From positions 1 through 21,170 of the forward strand of contig JBDGUI010000041.1 in assembly GCA_042216015.1 (NCBI GenBank): a DNA stretch of 21,170 nucleotides, given 5' to 3'. Origin of the DNA: Halodesulfurarchaeum sp. Its GTDB lineage: Archaea; Halobacteriota; Halobacteria; Halobacteriales; Halobacteriaceae. Below are positions 16,824 through 21,170 of the stretch, in pieces. Numbering within the stretch: the stretch's first letter is position 1; each line of letters opens with the position of its first letter. The position numbers were made by a program, and so were the translations under genes. The notes under the pieces are model-generated. The model was given only the letters and a program-made list of their open reading frames with translations, searched no databases and was not told the DNA's origin.

Positions 16824-17657
16824 TCAGTCCCAGAATTTCAGGTCGGCCTTGATCGCATCGCGTTTGAGCTGCTGGATATGTTCGGTGATCGGAATCTCCT
16901 TGGGGCAGACCGTGGTACAGGAGAACTGGGTCTGGCAGCGCCAGACACCGTCGTTTTCGGTCAGGATTTCGAGGCGCTCTTTGCGCCGGTCCGCCCCCTC
17001 CCGTTCGTCGGCGTAAAACCGGTAACCCTCGTTGATCGCCGCGGGACCGAGGTACACCTCCTCGTCGCTCGCGATGGTGCAGGAGGAGGTACAGGCGCCA
17101 CACCAGATACACCGGCTGGCCAACTTGATTTCCTCGCGGTTCGCCGGCCGCTGTCTTCGCTCGGTCAGTTCGTCCGGCGGCGGGTCGTCCGGATCGAAGT
17201 AGGGCTCGACGGCGGACATTCGCTCGTAAAAGCCATCCATGTCCACGACCAGGTCCTTGATGACTGGCTGGTGGGGGAGGGGTTCGATCCGGATCGGCCG
17301 TTTGAGACCGGTCACCTGTGTCTTGCACCCGAGACGCTGGGAGCCATTGACGAAGAGGGCATCGGAGCCACAGACGCCCTGTCGACAGGAGTGTCTGAAG
17401 GTGAGTGACGGGTCGTGTTCGTCCCGGGCCTCGATGAGCGCGTCGAGGACCGTCATCCCCTCCCGAACCGGAACGTCGAACGTGTCGAAGCGTGCCTCCT
17501 GTTTCGCCTCGACGTCCGGATCGTACCTGAAGACCTTCAGGGTGACAGTCCCGTCCGCGGTTGCGGTCCCACTGGAGCCGCCCCTCTCATCGCGACCGTT
17601 CGGCCGGAGACTCGCCGTGTCTGGCGGGTGACCGGATCCGTCACTCGATTCGCTCAT
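16824..17657 (-). CDS. sdhB: Succinate dehydrogenase/fumarate reductase iron-sulfur subunit
   Basis: SCRQGVCGSD...LGC (2Fe-2S), CIWCGACTSSC, CQTQFSCTTVCP. Confidence 0.96.
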   Translation of the reverse strand: MSESSDGSGHPPDTASLRPNGRDERGGSSGTATADGTVTLKVFRYDPDVEAKQEARFDTFDVPVREGMTVLDALIEARDEHDPSLTFRHSCRQGVCGSDALFVNGSQRLGCKTQVTGLKRPIRIEPLPHQPVIKDLVVDMDGFYERMSAVEPYFDPDDPPPDELTERRQRPANREEIKLASRCIWCGACTSSCTIASDEEVYLGPAAINEGYRFYADEREGADRRKERLEILTENDGVWRCQTQFSCTTVCPKEIPITEHIQQLKRDAIKADLKFWD

Positions 17658-18028
17658 CAGTCGATCACCCCCGCCAGCGCGAACGAGATCCGCATTCCCT
17701 GCCCGATCACTACGAGGCCGAAGATCGTGAACACCCAGAAGACGATCTGCCGGACTCGTCCGGAGAGTCCCCGATTGAGCAAGGCGTTATAGATGCCGTT
17801 GATGGCGTGGAACGTGGCCGTCACCAGAAAGACGAGCATCACGAGGAAGTAGACGAGCTGGTCCATCCGAAGTGCGGAGCCCCAGAGGGTCACCCTGGCG
17901 GCGTGGTTCACGTAGTGTAGCCAGATGAAGTGAAACGCGAGCGTGAAGAGGAGGACGACCGCCGTCAGTCGCTGGAGGAACCAGGCGATGGAGCCCGATT
18001 CGAATCGACTGCGTTTCGCGGTGCCCAT
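17657..18028 (-). CDS. sdhD: Succinate dehydrogenase hydrophobic membrane anchor
   Basis: WFLQRLTAV, FHAINGI heme-ligand motif, 3 TM segments; operon position. Confidence 0.92.
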   Translation of the reverse strand: MGTAKRSRFESGSIAWFLQRLTAVVLLFTLAFHFIWLHYVNHAARVTLWGSALRMDQLVYFLVMLVFLVTATFHAINGIYNALLNRGLSGRVRQIVFWVFTIFGLVVIGQGMRISFALAGVID

Positions 18029-18457
18029 CTACGGAAACACCTCCGGCGGGAGAAAGACTGGAATGCTCACCAGCGTAACGAGCACCGTGAGGAGCACTGA
18101 GAGATAAAATCCCTCCTCCTGCCGGTCGAGGCCGATCCCGAGATCGACGAGGAGGAGCCGAATCCCGTTCGCCATGTGAAAGACCGCCGCCGCGAGCAGG
18201 CCGATCTCGAGAACCCGAACGAGGAAAATGTTCTCGAGGCCCTGGATCGTGTGGGTGTAGACGTCACGTCCGGCCGCGATTTTCTCGGGATCCGAGGTGG
18301 CCGGGATGGCCGTGCTGAGAACCGCGATATGGGCGAAGAGATAGCCCGCCAACACCCAGCCGGTCACCTTGTGGAGGACCCAGGCCCACATGCCTGGCGA
18401 AAACGTTCGCCACCGACCGAAGTCCTCGATCGGACCTCGGTTGGTCGTTTCAGTCAT
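18029..18457 (-). CDS. sdhC: Succinate dehydrogenase cytochrome b556 subunit
   Basis: [29 protein letters not shown]; start ATG 18457 (MTETTNRG). Confidence 0.92.
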   Translation of the reverse strand: MTETTNRGPIEDFGRWRTFSPGMWAWVLHKVTGWVLAGYLFAHIAVLSTAIPATSDPEKIAAGRDVYTHTIQGLENIFLVRVLEIGLLAAAVFHMANGIRLLLVDLGIGLDRQEEGFYLSVLLTVLVTLVSIPVFLPPEVFP

Positions 18458-18533
18458 ACGCCGTATGGCCGTCCAGCACACAAAGAGCTTACTACCACCG
18501 CTCGAATGGCAGCCTCGACCGGGGTCGGCCCGC

Positions 18534-19553
18534 TCACGAACCACCGGGTTCCCGGTCGACTCCGTCGTCTCTGGCAACCGCGAGGGTCGTTTCCTCGAGT
18601 TCGACCAGGTGGCAGAGTGGGTTGCCGGGGTACACCACCGGATTTTCGAGGACCCCGACGAGCAGGCCGGTCCACGGCGATACGACCGTCGTCCGTTCGG
18701 TCTTGAACGGGTTCGAGATCGTGGCGATCGGTTCGCCGGCGGAGACGATGTCTCCCTGATCCGCGTGCATTTCGACGAGCCCGCCGCTCTCGGCCCGGAT
18801 CCATGTCTTTGCGTCCGTACCGATGACCGTGCGCCACCCGGGCCACTTGACGGGTTCGTTCGGGTGGATTCCGTACTCGGCAAAGACGCTCGCGACGCCC
18901 GCGAGGGCCCGATCGATAAGCGGACGTTGAAATCGATGGGCCTCGCCCATTTCGATCGTGATGGTGGGGGCACCCTGCTCGGTTGCCTCCCGGCGAAGTG
19001 TCCCCGCCGAACCCTCCGAGTCGATGACGACGTGAGACCCAAAGGCGTACGCCAGTCTGGCCACCGCGTCGTCTCCCATGTCTCCCCGGACGTGGAGCAT
19101 GTTCGTCCGGCCCCGTGTGGAGGTGTGAAAGTCGAGCCCGAGGTCCGCCGGGGCAATGAAGTTGGTGAAGATGGTCCGGGCCATTCGCTTCGCGCTCGTG
19201 CCCTCGCTATCGCCCGGAAACGAGCGGTTGAGATCGCGATCGTAGATCGGCAGGTACCGCTCCTGGGCGAGGAAGGCCGGCACGTTGAGCACCGGAAGGA
19301 GGATCAGCGTGCCGTGGAGATCCGAGTGCTCCCAGTCCAGGGCGACCTCGCGGACCACCTCGATCCCGTTGAGTTCGTCCCCGTGGGTTGCCGCCGTCAT
19401 GAACACGGTCGGGCCGGGCTCTCCCCCGTTGACGATCGAGACCGGGATCCGGATCGGATCGCCGAGGTAGGTTTCGCTGATCCGGTAACGGAGAGTGACT
19501 GACTCGCTGGGGTCGACCTTCCCGCCGCTGTAGGTGAACGGGCCCGCGGTCAT
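18534..19553 (-). CDS. M14-family metallopeptidase (succinylglutamate desuccinylase/aspartoacylase type)
   Basis: Zn motif [18 protein letters not shown], catalytic TIEMG; C-terminal biotinyl/lipoyl-like beta domain (IRAESGGLV...GDIV.AGEPI). Confidence 0.92.
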   Translation of the reverse strand: MTAGPFTYSGGKVDPSESVTLRYRISETYLGDPIRIPVSIVNGGEPGPTVFMTAATHGDELNGIEVVREVALDWEHSDLHGTLILLPVLNVPAFLAQERYLPIYDRDLNRSFPGDSEGTSAKRMARTIFTNFIAPADLGLDFHTSTRGRTNMLHVRGDMGDDAVARLAYAFGSHVVIDSEGSAGTLRREATEQGAPTITIEMGEAHRFQRPLIDRALAGVASVFAEYGIHPNEPVKWPGWRTVIGTDAKTWIRAESGGLVEMHADQGDIVSAGEPIATISNPFKTERTTVVSPWTGLLVGVLENPVVYPGNPLCHLVELEETTLAVARDDGVDREPGGS

Positions 19554-19653
19554 GCGTGGGGTAATGCCTCACGGCGCTTAAGGCGTTGTCCCGTCGATCG
19601 CGGTTCCGTCCCGGGAGGGGGCCGTTTATCCCCCTCCCACCCCAGAGTCAGGT
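19554..19653. promoter_or_regulatory. Divergent promoter region of M14 peptidase and rimK fusion
   Basis: TTAA 19578-19581 (25-28 nt before ATG 19553, minus strand); TTTAT 19625-19629 (25-29 nt before ATG 19654) enclosed by a 9-bp inverted repeat. Confidence 0.65.
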
Positions 19654-21000
19654 ATGAGCGAGACGGTCTCCGTCGGCGTTCTCAGTCTACACAATAGCAA
19701 GGAATCGAAGGCAATCCTCAACATCGTCAACGACCTCGGACACACGGGTCATTGGCTGCGAAGCGACAACCTGGTCGTCGAAATCGAGGACGGAACGGTC
19801 CGGATCGAACCGGACGTGGACGTGATCGTCAATCGCCTCCTGCTTTCGAGTACCGAACAGCCCGCTGAGTTGCTCGGGCTCGGCAAAAGTCTCGGGCGAC
19901 TCCGACCGATGCTCAACCGTCCCGAGAACGTCCTCACGGCGTTTCACAAGTTCGCGACGGCCACCGCCATGGCCGAGTCGAGCGTCCGGATTCCTGACTC
20001 GGTGCTCGCCCTCGACGTCGATCGGCTGAACGAACTCCGGGCGAAATTCGGCGAGGAGACCGTCTACAAGACCGCAATCGGGACCCACGGTGGGGGGACC
20101 TGGAAGATCGGCCGAAACGAAACGGTCAATCCACGTGTCGGGGACCGCTATGCCTTCCTCCAGGAACTCATCGAGCAGGACGAACACCAGCGCCACTCCG
20201 ATCTCCGTATCTACGTCGTCGACGGCACCATCATCGGCACCATGCGGCGGTACGCACCCGAGAACGACTGGCGGACGAACGTGGCCCTCGGCGGTGAGTT
20301 CGAGGCGGTCGAGGAGCCACCGTCGGAGGCGGCGGAGATGGCCCTTGAGGCGACCAAATTGATCGGCCTGGACTACGCCGGCGTCGATCTCGTCGAGGGG
20401 GTCGATGGGTGGTATCTCCTCGAGGTCAATCCCACCGCCGGCTTCCGTGGCTTCTTCGAGGCGACCGGGATCAACCCGGCAGCGGCAATTGCCGAACTCG
20501 CCATCGAAACTGCCGGCGGCGAGGTCGAGGAATCGAAACTCGAACAGCTGAGTGGCGTGCTCGACGACTCGATGCCGGAGCGGGTGACGCGAACCGAACC
20601 GACACCGGACCGGGACCGGAGCACCATCGGCTACACCGAGGAGGTGCTCGTGAGCGGGACCTCCGGCACCGAGCGGGTCGTCGCGAAGTCGGACACCGGG
20701 GCCTCTCGCACGAGCATCGACACCCGGCTCGCCGCGGACATCGGTGCCGGGCCGATCAAGAGCATGACCACGGTCAGATCCGGCAGCACGAAGGCCGGGA
20801 AGTCCCGTCCAGTCGTGGACATCGTGGTCGGGATCGGTGGGGACCGCCATACGGTCGCGGCGAGTCTCGAGGACCGGGCCCACATGGATTACCCGATGAT
20901 CCTCGGCCGGGACATCCTCCAGCACTATCAGGTCGACGTGAAGCGCACCGTCACCGAGCCGGGCGAGGACGAGGAAGAGGAGGAAACGGACGAGGAGTGA
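19654..21000 (+). CDS. rimK: RimK-family ATP-grasp alpha-L-glutamate ligase fused to a C-terminal retropepsin-like (RimB/DUF785-type) protease domain
   Basis: ATP-grasp motifs KTAIGTHGGG, FLQELI, DLRIYVV, DWRTNVALGG, AGVDL, LEVNPTAGF; C-terminal IGYTEEV...AKSDTGASRTSI...RP.V...DR..M.YPMILGR. Confidence 0.9.
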   Translation: MSETVSVGVLSLHNSKESKAILNIVNDLGHTGHWLRSDNLVVEIEDGTVRIEPDVDVIVNRLLLSSTEQPAELLGLGKSLGRLRPMLNRPENVLTAFHKFATATAMAESSVRIPDSVLALDVDRLNELRAKFGEETVYKTAIGTHGGGTWKIGRNETVNPRVGDRYAFLQELIEQDEHQRHSDLRIYVVDGTIIGTMRRYAPENDWRTNVALGGEFEAVEEPPSEAAEMALEATKLIGLDYAGVDLVEGVDGWYLLEVNPTAGFRGFFEATGINPAAAIAELAIETAGGEVEESKLEQLSGVLDDSMPERVTRTEPTPDRDRSTIGYTEEVLVSGTSGTERVVAKSDTGASRTSIDTRLAADIGAGPIKSMTTVRSGSTKAGKSRPVVDIVVGIGGDRHTVAASLEDRAHMDYPMILGRDILQHYQVDVKRTVTEPGEDEEEEETDEE

Positions 21001-21077
21001 ACTGGCGGATCTGCTTGTGAGATCGGACGAACGATCGGCCCCAGTCGGAGGGTTTCGGGCACCGCGAGGGACCGATT

Positions 21078-21092
21078 CGACGGTTTTATACA
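21078..21092 (+). promoter_or_regulatory. TATA box (TTTTATA) of tRNA-Glu gene
   Basis: TTTTATA at 21084-21090, about 30 nt upstream of the tRNA 5' end. Confidence 0.75.
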
Positions 21093-21116
21093 CAAACCCG
21101 GGATAGGAACGGATGC

Positions 21117-21170
<54 letters not shown>

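Noticed and set aside
16822..17328. 169-aa N-terminal extension of SdhA (777-aa ORF), suggesting an SdhB/SdhA fusion or frameshift
   Set aside because: The extension overlaps intact sdhB in another frame and is Arg/Pro-rich; the FAD-binding N-terminus starts at ATG 16821, two bases after the sdhB stop
18458..19156. Long N-terminal extension of sdhC; likewise extensions of psmA (to 2141) and rnp2 (to 2866)
   Set aside because: They overlap neighbouring genes; family-typical N-termini begin at the shorter starts

Overview
A GC-rich (roughly two-thirds G+C by eye) core-chromosome segment from a halophilic archaeon (class Halobacteria, judged from strongly acidic proteins, archaeal-type MAT, PsmA, RNase P proteins and mostly leaderless genes with TATA-like boxes about 25-30 nt upstream of the start codon). 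In order it holds: a FUN14-like membrane protein; the exosome-less remnant of the archaeal RNA-processing/proteasome superoperon (DUF54 protein, rnp3, rnp2, psmA, sdo1); two small proteins; pyrBI; a short MinD/ParA ATPase followed by a KaiC/RAD55-like protein with a degenerate P-loop; a long-type FKBP; an Nramp-like transporter; a CYTH protein, mat, thiI, a conserved hypothetical gene, purD and xapX; sdhCDBA; a divergent pair made of an M14 (AstE/AspA-type) metallopeptidase and a RimK ATP-grasp ligase fused to a retropepsin-like protease; and the 5' part of tRNA-Glu(TTC). No mobile element, CRISPR array or defence island is visible. The best candidate for an under-described system is the RimK-protease fusion plus M14 peptidase, a possible reversible (poly)glutamylation writer/eraser module. 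Other points of interest are an 83-nt G-free tract between pyrB and minD, a 35-aa single-TM small protein, inverted repeats at the mat and rimK promoters, and degenerate short repeats. All family calls come from motif recognition only; no database search was run.
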